Below are positions 22,069 to 31,617 of a DNA stretch of 64,000 nt, piece after piece (the stretch's first letter is position 1; each line of letters starts with the position of its first letter). The notes beneath the pieces are model-generated. The model was not told the DNA's origin and did not search any database. It saw only the letters and a list, made by a program, of their open reading frames with translations. Source of the DNA: Zoogloea sp. (GTDB lineage Bacteria; Pseudomonadota; Gammaproteobacteria; Burkholderiales; Rhodocyclaceae); assembly GCF_044344315.1 (NCBI RefSeq), contig NZ_JBIJDC010000009.1, positions 2,908 through 66,907 of the forward strand. Direction: 5' to 3'. The position numbers were made by a program, and so were the translations under genes.

Positions 22069-24156
22069 TCAGACGATGGGTACGCCGCTGAGTTCCTTGA
22101 GCAGGATTTCCTGGGCAGAGCGGCGCGTGGTGCGCGGGTTCTTGCGGCGATACTGGTTGTCGTTGCCCAGCTCCCAGGCCTGGCAGTTGTCGCCCAGGTA
22201 GGGGCGCAGGCCTTCCTTCATTACACGCCGTTTCACTTTCGGGTCGAGGATGGGGAAACCGATTTCGATGCGCTTGAAGAAGTTGCGCTCCATCCAGTCG
22301 GCACTGGACAGATAGAGCTTGTCGGCACCATCGGCCCCGAAGTAGAAAATGCGGTGATGCTCCAGGAAGCGTCCAACGATGGAGCGCACCCGGATGTTCT
22401 CCGAGAGGCCGGCGACACCCGGCTTGAGGGCGCACACGCTGCGGGCGATCACGTCGATCTCGACGCCGGCCTGGGAGGCTTCGTAGAGCGCTTCGATGGT
22501 CTCCGGTTCGAGCAGGGCATTGACCTTGACGATGATGCGGCCCTTGCGCCCGGCCCGGGCGATCTCGGCCTCATCCTTGATGGCCTGTACCACGTTGGGC
22601 TGCAGTGTGAAGGGCGCCTGCCACAGGTGGCGCAGGCGTCCGGCCTGGCCGAGGCCGGTGAGCTGCTTGAAGACTTCGGCCACGTCGGCGCCGATCTCTT
22701 CGTTGGCAGTGAGCAGGCCGAAGTCGGTGTAGAAGCGGGTGGTGCGCGGGTGGTAGTTGCCGGTGCCCAGGTGCGCGTAGCGGCGCAGGGTGCCTTCCTC
22801 GCGGCGTACCAGCAGGAGCATCTTGGCGTGGGTCTTGTAGCCGAAAACGCCGTACACCACGTGAGCACCGACCTCCTCGAGGCGGGCGGCCCAGCTGATG
22901 TTGGCCTCTTCGTCGAAGCGGGCCATCAGTTCGAGCACCACGGTGACTTCCTTGCCCTTCTGGGCGGCCCGCACCAGGTGTTCCATCAGCACCGAGTCAG
23001 TGCCGGTGCGATACACGGTCATCTTGACGGCAACCACGTCGGCATCGTCGGCGGCGGCCTTGAGCAACTCGATGACCGGCTCGAAGCTCTGGAAGGGGTG
23101 ATGCAGCAGGATGTCCTGGCGGCGGATGGCGCGGAAGATGTTGTCCTGCTTTTCCAGGCCGCGGGGCCGGGCGGGCCGGAAGGAGCGGTACTTGAGATCG
23201 GGGCGCTCAACCCAGTCGGGTACCTGATTGAGGCGCACCGGGTTGACCATGCCGGGGACCCGATAGACGTCCCCGCGGTCGAGACCAAACTGGGTCATCA
23301 GGAAGTCCGCCATGGCCTCTGAGCAGTTGTCGGCGATCTCCAGGCGCACGGCATCGCCATAGTGGCGCTGCTGCAGTTCGCCTTTCAGGGTGGCGCGCAG
23401 GTCCTTGACCTCTTCCTCGTCCACGAACATGTCGGAGTTGCGGGTGACCCGGAACTGGTAGCAACCGAGCACGTTCATGCCTTCGAAGAGCTCGCCGACA
23501 TGAGCGTGCAGCATGGACGACAGGAACACGAAGCCGTAGTCCACGCCGGTGAGGTCCTTGGGCAGGCGGATGACCCGGGGCAGGGCACGCGGGGCCTGCA
23601 CGATGGCGGCGCCGGAGTTGCGCCCGAAGGCATCGCGGCCTTCCAGCTCGACGGCAAAGTTGAGGCTCTTGTTGAGCACCCGCGGAAAGGGGTGGGCCGG
23701 GTCCAGGCCGATGGGGGTGAGGACCGGCATCACTTCGCGGACGAAGTAATCCCGCGCCCACAGGTGCTGGGCATCGGTCCATACCGACCGGCGCAGGAAG
23801 ACGATTCCTTCGGCGGCCAGCGCCGGCAGGATGGTGTTGTTGAGCAGGTTGTACTGGTCGGTGATGAGGCTATGGACCTCGCGACTGATCCGTGACAGCA
23901 ACTCGGCAGGGGCCAGCCCGTCGGTGGTCAGGACAAGGCTGCCGAGGCGTTGCTGTTCCTTGACCCCGGCAACGCGTACTTCAAAGAACTCGTCGAGGTT
24001 GCTGGAAACGATGCACAGGAAACGGAGCCGCTCCAGCAGTGGTACCGACGTGTCTGCCGCCTGGGCGAGTACCCGGCGCTGGAACTGCAGCAGGGACAGC
24101 TCGCGGTTGATGAAGTGATCGGTGCTGAAATGGCGGTCGGAATGAGGGTGCGGCAT
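22069..24156 (-). CDS. ppk1: Polyphosphate kinase 1
   Basis: FINRELSLLQFQRRVL, SNLDEFFEVRVAG, DPAHPFP, LHHPFQSF, RFLEHHRIF, SSADWMERN. Confidence 0.99.
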   Translation of the reverse strand: MPHPHSDRHFSTDHFINRELSLLQFQRRVLAQAADTSVPLLERLRFLCIVSSNLDEFFEVRVAGVKEQQRLGSLVLTTDGLAPAELLSRISREVHSLITDQYNLLNNTILPALAAEGIVFLRRSVWTDAQHLWARDYFVREVMPVLTPIGLDPAHPFPRVLNKSLNFAVELEGRDAFGRNSGAAIVQAPRALPRVIRLPKDLTGVDYGFVFLSSMLHAHVGELFEGMNVLGCYQFRVTRNSDMFVDEEEVKDLRATLKGELQQRHYGDAVRLEIADNCSEAMADFLMTQFGLDRGDVYRVPGMVNPVRLNQVPDWVERPDLKYRSFRPARPRGLEKQDNIFRAIRRQDILLHHPFQSFEPVIELLKAAADDADVVAVKMTVYRTGTDSVLMEHLVRAAQKGKEVTVVLELMARFDEEANISWAARLEEVGAHVVYGVFGYKTHAKMLLLVRREEGTLRRYAHLGTGNYHPRTTRFYTDFGLLTANEEIGADVAEVFKQLTGLGQAGRLRHLWQAPFTLQPNVVQAIKDEAEIARAGRKGRIIVKVNALLEPETIEALYEASQAGVEIDVIARSVCALKPGVAGLSENIRVRSIVGRFLEHHRIFYFGADGADKLYLSSADWMERNFFKRIEIGFPILDPKVKRRVMKEGLRPYLGDNCQAWELGNDNQYRRKNPRTTRRSAQEILLKELSGVPIV

Positions 24157-24265
24157 GCTTCGTCCTTGTGATCGTCCGGATTCGTCCGAAGTATGTGACG
24201 GTAGTGTTTCAGGCAGATGACGATGAGGGCGAGGGATTGAATCCGGTAGGCCGACGGGTCGCCGG

Positions 24266-24274
24266 TGCTAGAAT
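24266..24274 (+). promoter_or_regulatory. Extended -10 element for ppx
   Basis: TGcTAGAAT about 40 nt upstream of the ppx ATG. Confidence 0.5.
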
Positions 24275-24314
24275 TCCGGGCCTTGGCGCCCTGGGCGTAT
24301 CTTGTGTGTGATTC

Positions 24315-25826
24315 ATGAACCGTGAGTTGATTGCTGCCATTGATCTTGGCTCCAACAGTTTCCGTCTGCAGGTCGGGCGGATCGTCAATGACCAGATCTA
24401 TCCCCTCGATGGTATCAAGGAGTCCGTGCGCCTTGCGGCCGGCTTGTCCCCTGATCGCATGCTTGATGCCGCTTCCCAGTTCCGGGGAATCAGCGCCCTG
24501 CGCTGCTTCAACGAGCGTCTGCGCGATTATTCGCCGGATGCCGTGCGGGCGGTGGCGACCAACACCCTGCGCGTGGCCAAGAACGCTGCCCACTTTCTGG
24601 TGCAGGCCGAGGCCGCCCTCGGCTTTCCGATCGAGGTTATTGCCGGTCGGGAGGAGGCGCGTCTGATTTACGTGGGCGTCGCCCACACCCTGCCCAATCC
24701 CCATCGGCAGCAGCTGGTGGTGGATATTGGCGGTGGTTCCACCGAATTCGTGATCGGCAAGAGTTTCCAGCCGATTGCCCTGGAATCGCTGTACATGGGC
24801 TGCGTGAGCTTCTCCCTGCGGCATTTCCCCGACGGGCGGGTAGACAAGCGCGGCCTGCGTGATGCCGAGCTGGCGGCGATGAAGGAGATCCAGACCATCT
24901 CCCACGCCTACCGGGAGATCGGCTGGCAGGAGGCGGTGGGGTCCAGCGGATCGGCCAAGGCCCTCGTGGATATCCTGGAACTCAACGGTCTGTCGGACGG
25001 GGGTATCACCCGCAGCGGCCTGGAACGGCTGCGTGCCTTGATGCTCAAGGCCGGCAACGTAAACAGCCTGCAGCTCGAGGGGCTGCGCCCCGACCGCCTG
25101 CCCGTGCTGACGGGCGGCTTTGCCATCATGTGGGCGGTGTTCGAAGAGTTTGGCCTGGAGCGTATGACCTTCTCCGAGGGAGCCCTGCGTCTCGGTGTGT
25201 TGTACGACCTGCTCGGTCGCTACCACCACCATGATCTGCGGGACGCCACGGTGGCGGCCTTTGTGGCCCGTTATGACGTGGATGGCGCGCATTCCCGCCA
25301 GGTGGCCGAGACGGCCCGGGCCTTCCTGCTGCAACTCGATCCGACAGCAGCCGAAGAGGAAAACGTGGACCGGCGCTTCCTGGAGTGGGCTGCCCAGCTC
25401 CACGAGATCGGCGTGTCGGTGGCGCACTCCAGCTATCACAAGCACAGCGCCTACATTCTGGGCAACGCCGATATGCCCGGCTTCTCCCGTATGGATCAGG
25501 GGCGTCTGGCGCGCATGGTGCTGGCCCACCGGGGCAAGCTGTCGCGGGTCGGTGCCCTTGAGCCGGAGAGCCCGGAATGGCGTTTGATCCTGTGCCTGCG
25601 CCTGGCAGCCGTGGTGCACCGGGCGCGGGATGGTCGCGGCGTGCCACCGCTGCGCCTGAAGCGCGAGGGGCGTGGTCATGTGGTGGTGGCCGATGCCGAG
25701 TGGCTGCGTAACCTGCCGCTCACGGCGGCGGCGCTGGAGGAGGAGGAGCGCCAGTGGCAGGCCATCGGGCTGCCCCTGAAGGTGCGCGTCGAACGTGCTT
25801 CGGCGCGTAGCCCGGCAGCCACCTGA
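24315..25826 (+). CDS. ppx: Exopolyphosphatase (Ppx/GppA family)
   Basis: AAIDLGSNSF, VATNTLRVAKN, GREEARLIY, DIGGGSTE, C-terminal HD-like domain (LHEIG). Confidence 0.97.
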   Translation: MNRELIAAIDLGSNSFRLQVGRIVNDQIYPLDGIKESVRLAAGLSPDRMLDAASQFRGISALRCFNERLRDYSPDAVRAVATNTLRVAKNAAHFLVQAEAALGFPIEVIAGREEARLIYVGVAHTLPNPHRQQLVVDIGGGSTEFVIGKSFQPIALESLYMGCVSFSLRHFPDGRVDKRGLRDAELAAMKEIQTISHAYREIGWQEAVGSSGSAKALVDILELNGLSDGGITRSGLERLRALMLKAGNVNSLQLEGLRPDRLPVLTGGFAIMWAVFEEFGLERMTFSEGALRLGVLYDLLGRYHHHDLRDATVAAFVARYDVDGAHSRQVAETARAFLLQLDPTAAEEENVDRRFLEWAAQLHEIGVSVAHSSYHKHSAYILGNADMPGFSRMDQGRLARMVLAHRGKLSRVGALEPESPEWRLILCLRLAAVVHRARDGRGVPPLRLKREGRGHVVVADAEWLRNLPLTAAALEEEERQWQAIGLPLKVRVERASARSPAAT

Positions 25827-25835
25827 GGCTTGCCG

Positions 25836-26969
25836 GTGACCCAGTCCACCCGCCCGCTCCCGGCCATCCGGATCGATGCCGGCGGTGATGGAACAGAGGT
25901 TGTTCTGTCTGGCGACTGGACCTTGCACCTGCTGTGCCCCTTGCCCCCTGACATCCAGCGGCAGTTTGCCCTGATCCCGTCGGGGGCCGGATGGAGCCTG
26001 GCGGCGGTGAGCCGTCTGGATAGTTTCGGGGCGCTGCTGCTGTGGCGGCGCTGGGGGCGGCAGCGTCCGCTGCGGCTTGAGCTGCCCGAGGCCCTCGCGC
26101 CGGTGTTGGCGCGGGCAGAGGCGCTACCCGCGGATGCCCTGCCGGTCGAACCCGGGTATCGCTTTCTGGACGGCACCGCCCAGCTTGGGCGAGGCCTGCA
26201 TGCGGTCGCGCACCATGTGCTTGGCTTCGTTGCCCTGGTGGGGCACATCCTGATCAGCTTTGGAGGCCTGCTGCGCAATCACGACCGCTGGCCGCTGCGC
26301 GAGATCTCGGCCAATTTCTACAAGGTCGGGGTGCGGGCCATGCCGGTGACAGCCTTGGTCGGCTTTCTCATTGGCGTGGTGATGTCCTATCTGTCGGCGC
26401 TGCAGTTGCGGGCCTTCGGGGCGGATACCTTCATTGTCAACATTCTCGGCCTGGGCATCATCCGTGAGCTTGGCCCTGTGCTCGTCTCGGTGCTGGTGGC
26501 GGGCCGCTCGGGCTCGGCCATGACTGCCCAGCTCGGGGTGATGAGGGTGACCGAGGAGATCGATGCCCTGACCGCCATGGGGATCTCCCGCCATGTGCGC
26601 CTGGTGCTGCCCAAGGTGGTGGCCCTGACCCTGGCCATGCCGCTGTTGACTCTGTGGGGGTCGGCGGTGGCGATCCTCGGCGGCATGGTGTCAGCCAAGC
26701 TGCAACTCGATTTGAGCTTCGACTTTTTCCTGAATGCACTGCCCCGCGCCGTACCGGCGGCCAACCTGGTGATCGGGCTGACCAAAGGGGCCGTGTTTGG
26801 TTTGTTGATCGCCCTGGTGGCCTGCTATTTCGGCCTGCGGGTCCGCCCCAATACCGAGAGTCTTTCCGCCAACACCACGGCGTCGGTGGTGGCCTCCATC
26901 ACCGTCGTGATTCTGGTGGATGCGGTCTTTGCCATCGCCACCCGTTCTGTCGGTCTGCCCTACCGATGA
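25836..26969 (+). CDS. MlaE-family ABC permease with N-terminal STAS-like domain
   Basis: IIRELGPVLVSVLVAGRSGSAMTAQLGVMRVTEEIDAL; N-terminal LSGDWT...LDSFGALLL. Start is GTG 25836 or TTG 25830. Confidence 0.92.
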   Translation: MTQSTRPLPAIRIDAGGDGTEVVLSGDWTLHLLCPLPPDIQRQFALIPSGAGWSLAAVSRLDSFGALLLWRRWGRQRPLRLELPEALAPVLARAEALPADALPVEPGYRFLDGTAQLGRGLHAVAHHVLGFVALVGHILISFGGLLRNHDRWPLREISANFYKVGVRAMPVTALVGFLIGVVMSYLSALQLRAFGADTFIVNILGLGIIRELGPVLVSVLVAGRSGSAMTAQLGVMRVTEEIDALTAMGISRHVRLVLPKVVALTLAMPLLTLWGSAVAILGGMVSAKLQLDLSFDFFLNALPRAVPAANLVIGLTKGAVFGLLIALVACYFGLRVRPNTESLSANTTASVVASITVVILVDAVFAIATRSVGLPYR

Positions 26970-27742
26970 GTTCCTTTCCCGTCGAACTGCAGGGCGTGTC
27001 CACCCGCTTCGGCAAGCAGTGGATCCACAAGGGCATCGATCTGGCGGTACCTGCCGGGGAAGTGGTGGCCTTGGTGGGAGGCTCGGGAAGCGGCAAGACC
27101 ACCCTGCTGCGCCAGATGGTGGGCTTGCTCACGCCGGCAGAGGGGGAGGTGCGGGTCTTCGGTGAGCCGCTGTTTTCCGGTTCTCATCAGGCACAACTGG
27201 CCCGGCGGCGGCGTTTCGGTATGCTCTTCCAGCAGGGCGCGCTGTTTTCCGCGTTCACCGTTTTCGACAACATCGCCTTTCCCCTGCGCGAGTTCGGTGT
27301 TCGGGACGAGGGCCTGTTGCGGGATCTCGTCCTGCTCAAGATGGCCATGGTCGAGCTCGCGCCGGACGTGGCCCTGCGCATGCCGGCGGAGCTCTCGGGG
27401 GGCATGGTCAAGCGGGTCGCGCTGGCACGTGCCCTGGCGCTGGAGCCGGAGCTGCTGTTGCTCGACGAACCTACTGCCGGCCTCGACCCGGACCTGAGCG
27501 CCGCCTTCGTGGCCTTGATCCGCTCCCTTCACCAGGCCCTTGGCCTGACCGTGATCCTGGTGACCCACGACCTGGATACCCTGGCTGCCCTGGCCACCCG
27601 GGTGGCCGTGCTTGCCGCCGGGCGTATACTGGCCTTTGGCCCCCTCGACGAAATCATGAACGTGCAGGATCCCTTCATCGACCGCTTCTTTCATAGTGCC
27701 CGCAGCCAGGCAGCATTGGCCCGGGGCCACGGGGCCGGCTGA
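26966..27742 (+). CDS. MlaF-family ABC ATPase
   Basis: GGSGSGKT, FQQGALFS, ELSGGMVKRVALAR, LLDEPTAGLDP. Confidence 0.95.
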   Translation: MSSFPVELQGVSTRFGKQWIHKGIDLAVPAGEVVALVGGSGSGKTTLLRQMVGLLTPAEGEVRVFGEPLFSGSHQAQLARRRRFGMLFQQGALFSAFTVFDNIAFPLREFGVRDEGLLRDLVLLKMAMVELAPDVALRMPAELSGGMVKRVALARALALEPELLLLDEPTAGLDPDLSAAFVALIRSLHQALGLTVILVTHDLDTLAALATRVAVLAAGRILAFGPLDEIMNVQDPFIDRFFHSARSQAALARGHGAG

Positions 27743-28686
27743 TGGAGAACCGTGCCCATGCCATCGCCACCGGCCTGTTTGCCATTCTGCTGAGTGCCGC
27801 CGTGGTTCTTGCCCTGTGGTGGTTCTCGGATAAGCGCGAGACCACCCGCGATCTGATACTGGTGAGCGCCGGTAGCGTCAATGGCCTCAACCCCCAGGCG
27901 ACGGTCCGTTATCGCGGCATCGTGGCAGGCAAGGTGGCGCGCATCGCCCTTGATCCGGCCGATCCGCGGCAGGTGCTGGTAACGGTGCGCATCCGTGCCG
28001 ACCTGCCCGTCACTACGGCAACGCGGGCTCGGATGGCAACCCAGGGCGTGACCGGGCTGGCCTTCATTGCCCTGGATGATCCGGGCACTGCCAGCCAGCC
28101 GCTGGCCGGCGAGGAGGGCATGCCGCCGCGGATTCCTCTGGCGCCGAGCCTTTTAGAGGAGTTTTCCGACACCGCCCTGCAGACTCTCCGGCAGCTGCGC
28201 GACATGACAGAGCGTCTTGCCACACTGACCCGGCCTGACAACCTCAAGCGGGTGGAGGGCACCCTGGCCAACCTCGAGGCGGCAAGCCGTGGCCTGGACC
28301 TGACCTTGCAAGAGGCCCCGCGTACTTTGGCTGCCGTGCGCCAGGCCTTCAGCAAGGACAAACTCGCACGGGTTGACCGGACCCTGGAGAACCTGGAGCG
28401 GGCAAGCGCCGAAGCGGCGCCGATGGTGGTCGAGGGACGCAAGCTGCTGGTGCGGCTGCAGACGCTCAGCGAACGCATCGATAGCCTTGCCGGCACGGCC
28501 GGGGAGGGCCTGGCCGGCAGCACCCTGCCGCGCTTCAACATGCTGCTCCAGGAGCTGACGTCCACCTCGCGGCAGCTGTCCGAGCTGCTCGACGAGATCG
28601 ATTCCTCGCCCCAGATGCTCATCCTCGGGCGCGGCCGGCCCCAGCCGGGGCCCGGCGAGGCCGGTTTCCGCGAGCCCGCGCGATGA
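27742..28686 (+). CDS. MCE/MlaD domain protein with helical extension
   Basis: N-terminal TM helix, VNGLNPQATVRYRGIVAGKV, QGVTGLAFIAL, long helical C-terminus. Confidence 0.92.
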   Translation: MENRAHAIATGLFAILLSAAVVLALWWFSDKRETTRDLILVSAGSVNGLNPQATVRYRGIVAGKVARIALDPADPRQVLVTVRIRADLPVTTATRARMATQGVTGLAFIALDDPGTASQPLAGEEGMPPRIPLAPSLLEEFSDTALQTLRQLRDMTERLATLTRPDNLKRVEGTLANLEAASRGLDLTLQEAPRTLAAVRQAFSKDKLARVDRTLENLERASAEAAPMVVEGRKLLVRLQTLSERIDSLAGTAGEGLAGSTLPRFNMLLQELTSTSRQLSELLDEIDSSPQMLILGRGRPQPGPGEAGFREPAR

Positions 28687-29339
28687 GCCTTTTTCGACCG
28701 GAATCCTGCCCCGCCATGCCGCGCCTCTTCCCATCCCTGATGCTGCTTGCCGCCCTGGGCGGATGCACCGCCCTGCCGCCTTCGACAGCCGGGGTCGCAG
28801 TGCATGACTTCGGCCCCCTTGAGGCGGCGACGCTGGCGCCGGTGGGCATTCCGCTACGTAATGTGGAGGTGGTGCCGGCGCCCTGGCTGGCCTCCAATGT
28901 CATGGCCTACCGGCTGGCCTATGCCCAGTCCACCCGCCGTCAGGCCTTCAAGGACAACCGCTGGGCGGCCCAGCCGGCACAACTGGTTGAGCTGGTGCTC
29001 AAGCGCGCTTTGCGCGCCGGCGATCCGGCGACCCCTGCCGGCGGCTGCCGGCTGCGTGTGGACCTGGATGAATTCACCCAGCGTTTCGATTCACCACAGG
29101 CCAGTCGGGGCGTGATCGAGGCCCGGGTTACCTTGCTGGCCCCGCGCACCGAGCAGCCCCTGGCAGTGCGGGCCTTTGCCCTCGATCATGAGGCGCCTAC
29201 GGCTGATGCGGCGGGGGGCGTTGCCGCCCTGCGTGCTGGCACGCTGCAGCTGAAGAGCGATATCCGTAACTGGCTGCAGGGCCTGGAGGCTGCTGCCCCC
29301 GGCCCCGCAGGAAGCCTGCGCACCCGTTGCGGCAGCTGA
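28683..29339 (+). CDS. PqiC-like ABC transport auxiliary lipoprotein
   Basis: Lipobox LGG-C, YRLAY...RWAAQPAQL, LRVDLDEFTQRF; last gene of the MCE operon. Confidence 0.82.
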   Translation: MSLFRPESCPAMPRLFPSLMLLAALGGCTALPPSTAGVAVHDFGPLEAATLAPVGIPLRNVEVVPAPWLASNVMAYRLAYAQSTRRQAFKDNRWAAQPAQLVELVLKRALRAGDPATPAGGCRLRVDLDEFTQRFDSPQASRGVIEARVTLLAPRTEQPLAVRAFALDHEAPTADAAGGVAALRAGTLQLKSDIRNWLQGLEAAAPGPAGSLRTRCGS

Positions 29340-29393
29340 TTTTTCACGACCGGCAGGTACTTGCCGGCATTTCATCAACTGGAGGAGAACACC

Positions 29394-30194
29394 ATGAACG
29401 CCGTCCCCGAAACCAATACCGAACCCATGCTGCTGCGCGTCGATGCCGATGGGGTCAGCACCCTGACCCTCAACCGGCCGGGCCAGTTCAATGCCCTGTC
29501 CCGGGACATGCTTGAAGCCCTGCTGTCCGAGCTGGAGGCCATTGCCGCCGACAAGTCGGTGCGGGTGGTGGTCCTGGCCGGTGCTGGCAAGGCCTTCTGC
29601 GCCGGCCATGATCTCAAGGAGATGCGCGGCAACTACACCAAGGCTTTCCAGCAGGCGCTGTTCCGCCTGTGCGGCAAGGTGATGATGCAGATCGTGAACA
29701 TGCCCCAGCCGGTGGTTGCGCGCATCCACGGCATCGCGACGGCGGCGGGGTGTCAGCTGGTCTCCATGTGTGACCTGGCGGTGGCCTCCGATGTGGCCCG
29801 CTTTGCCGTCTCGGGGATCAATGTCGGCCTGTTCTGTGCCACCCCAAGCGTCGGTCTGTCCCGCAACATGGGGCGCAAGGAGGCGTTCGAGATGCTGGTG
29901 ACCGGTGATTTCATCGATGCCGCCGAAGCCCGTCGTCGCGGCCTGGTGAACCGCGTGGTGCCCCTGGAGGCCCTGGACGAGGAGGTGGCCCGCCTGACCG
30001 CGTCCATCTGCGCCAAGTCCCCGGCGGCCATTGCCATGGGCAAGCAGATGTTCTACAGCCAGCTTGAGATGGGCCTTGATGCGGCCTACCAGCACGCTGC
30101 CGAAGTGATGGCCTGCAACATGATGTGTGAGGATGCGGCCGAGGGCATCGACGCCTTCATGTCCAAGCGCAAGCCGGTGTGGACCGGTAAGTAA
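29394..30194 (+). CDS. Enoyl-CoA hydratase/isomerase family protein (ECHDC3-like)
   Basis: LTLNRPGQFNALS, AFCAGHDLKE, ATAAGCQLVSMCDLAVA, GINVGLFCATP; GGAGGAG SD before ATG 29394. Confidence 0.92.
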   Translation: MNAVPETNTEPMLLRVDADGVSTLTLNRPGQFNALSRDMLEALLSELEAIAADKSVRVVVLAGAGKAFCAGHDLKEMRGNYTKAFQQALFRLCGKVMMQIVNMPQPVVARIHGIATAAGCQLVSMCDLAVASDVARFAVSGINVGLFCATPSVGLSRNMGRKEAFEMLVTGDFIDAAEARRRGLVNRVVPLEALDEEVARLTASICAKSPAAIAMGKQMFYSQLEMGLDAAYQHAAEVMACNMMCEDAAEGIDAFMSKRKPVWTGK

Positions 30195-30213
30195 GGCCCG
30201 GGCGGCTCCCCTC

Positions 30214-30990
30214 GTGCTGATCGACACCCATTGCCACCTGGACGCCGCCGAATTCGACGGGGACAGGGCGGCGGTGCTTGATGAAGCCCGCCGGGCCGGT
30301 GTGGGTGCCTTTCTGGTGCCGGCGGTGGGAGCCGCCAATTTCGACGCCGTGGCAGCGTTGAGTGCCGACAACCCGGACTGCCGGCACGCTTTCGGCATTC
30401 ACCCGATGTACGTACGGCAGGCGCAGGCCACGGATCTGGAAAGCCTGCGCCAGCGGCTGGCCGCAGGCGGTGCGGTGGCGGTGGGTGAGATCGGCCTGGA
30501 TGGCTTCGTCCCCGACGGCGACATGCCGCTGCAGCTCCACTACTTCGAGGCCCAGCTCAGGCTGGCGCGGGATTTCGATCTGCCGGTGGTGCTGCACATC
30601 CGCCGTGCTCAGGATGCGGTGCTCAAGCAACTGCGTCGCTTTCGCCCCCGTGGCGGCATTGCCCACGCCTTCAATGGCAGCCGTCAGCAGGCTGAAGCCT
30701 TCATCAGCCTCGGTTTTCACCTCGGCTTTGGCGGGGCGATGACCTACACCGGCTCCACGCGCATCCGGGAATTGGCGGCAAGCCTGCCCATAGAGCACCT
30801 CGTGCTGGAAACCGATGCACCAGACATTCCACCGGCCTGGGGGGCAGGAAAGCGCAACACGCCAGCCAACCTGCGCCGTTTTGCCGAGGTGCTGGCCGCA
30901 TTGCGGGGCATGGAGGTCGAGGCGCTGATTGCCGCGACGGGGCGCAACGCGCGGAGCGCCATTCCAGGCTTGGCAGAGTTCAGGGTTTAG
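30214..30990 (+). CDS. TatD-family metal-dependent hydrolase/nuclease
   Basis: IDTHCHLD, GEIGLDG, VVLHIR, HAFNGS, LETDAPD. GTG start at 30214. Confidence 0.93.
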   Translation: MLIDTHCHLDAAEFDGDRAAVLDEARRAGVGAFLVPAVGAANFDAVAALSADNPDCRHAFGIHPMYVRQAQATDLESLRQRLAAGGAVAVGEIGLDGFVPDGDMPLQLHYFEAQLRLARDFDLPVVLHIRRAQDAVLKQLRRFRPRGGIAHAFNGSRQQAEAFISLGFHLGFGGAMTYTGSTRIRELAASLPIEHLVLETDAPDIPPAWGAGKRNTPANLRRFAEVLAALRGMEVEALIAATGRNARSAIPGLAEFRV

Positions 30991-31573
30991 GGCTCGCCAG
31001 GGGCGTGTGGCTGCGGGCAATGAGCTCGCGGATGTCGTCCTTCATGCGTGTGATGTCGCCGTCGAACTTTTCGCAGTTCATCATCGATACGCCGAAAACG
31101 TAGGCATAGAGGAGCATGCTGCGGGTCGAGGCTTCGTGCATCGGCACCCCGCAGGCCAGGAACAGCTCCCGGGCGCAGCGCAGCCGCCAGGCGTCCACTT
31201 CCTCGACGATGAGCGCGGCGGCGGGGTCGCGGCGGGCCCATTCGCGCATGGCCAGCTCGATCAGGATGCCCTTGCGGTTGCGGCTGGTGCTGTAAACATC
31301 GATGACGCGGAAGATCTGCGCTTCCTCGCCGCCGGCCTCCGGCCGGGTCTGCTTGATGATGTCGCGGATGCGCCCGTCCTTCCAGGTTTCGAGAATGCCC
31401 GAGAGGAGATCCTGGCGGTCCTTGAAATGCCAGTAGAAACTACCCTTGGTCACATGCAGGCGTTTGGCCAGGACTTCGACACGCACGCCTGTCACGCCCT
31501 CGTCGGCGAGGGTGTCGAGGGCGGCCTGGATCCAGGCTGCACGGTCAAGCTGAAGGCGGGGGGGCTTTTCCAT
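30980..31573 (-). CDS. TetR/AcrR-family transcriptional regulator
   Basis: WIQAALDTLADEGVTGVRVEVLAKRLHVTKGSFYWHFKDR helix-turn-helix. Start is ATG 31573 or 31603. Confidence 0.95.
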   Translation of the reverse strand: MEKPPRLQLDRAAWIQAALDTLADEGVTGVRVEVLAKRLHVTKGSFYWHFKDRQDLLSGILETWKDGRIRDIIKQTRPEAGGEEAQIFRVIDVYSTSRNRKGILIELAMREWARRDPAAALIVEEVDAWRLRCARELFLACGVPMHEASTRSMLLYAYVFGVSMMNCEKFDGDITRMKDDIRELIARSHTPLASPKP

Positions 31574-31617
31574 ACGGCGTAGTATTGACGGTTCGAAGGC
31601 CATACGCTACCGTACGG
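31570..31617 (+). promoter_or_regulatory. etfBA sigma70 promoter overlapped by two palindromic operators
   Basis: TTGACG (31585-90)-N17-TACCGT (31608-13); operator-like sites CCATACG-gcgt-AGTATTG (31570-87) and CCATACG-ctac-CGTACGG (31600-17). Confidence 0.7.
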
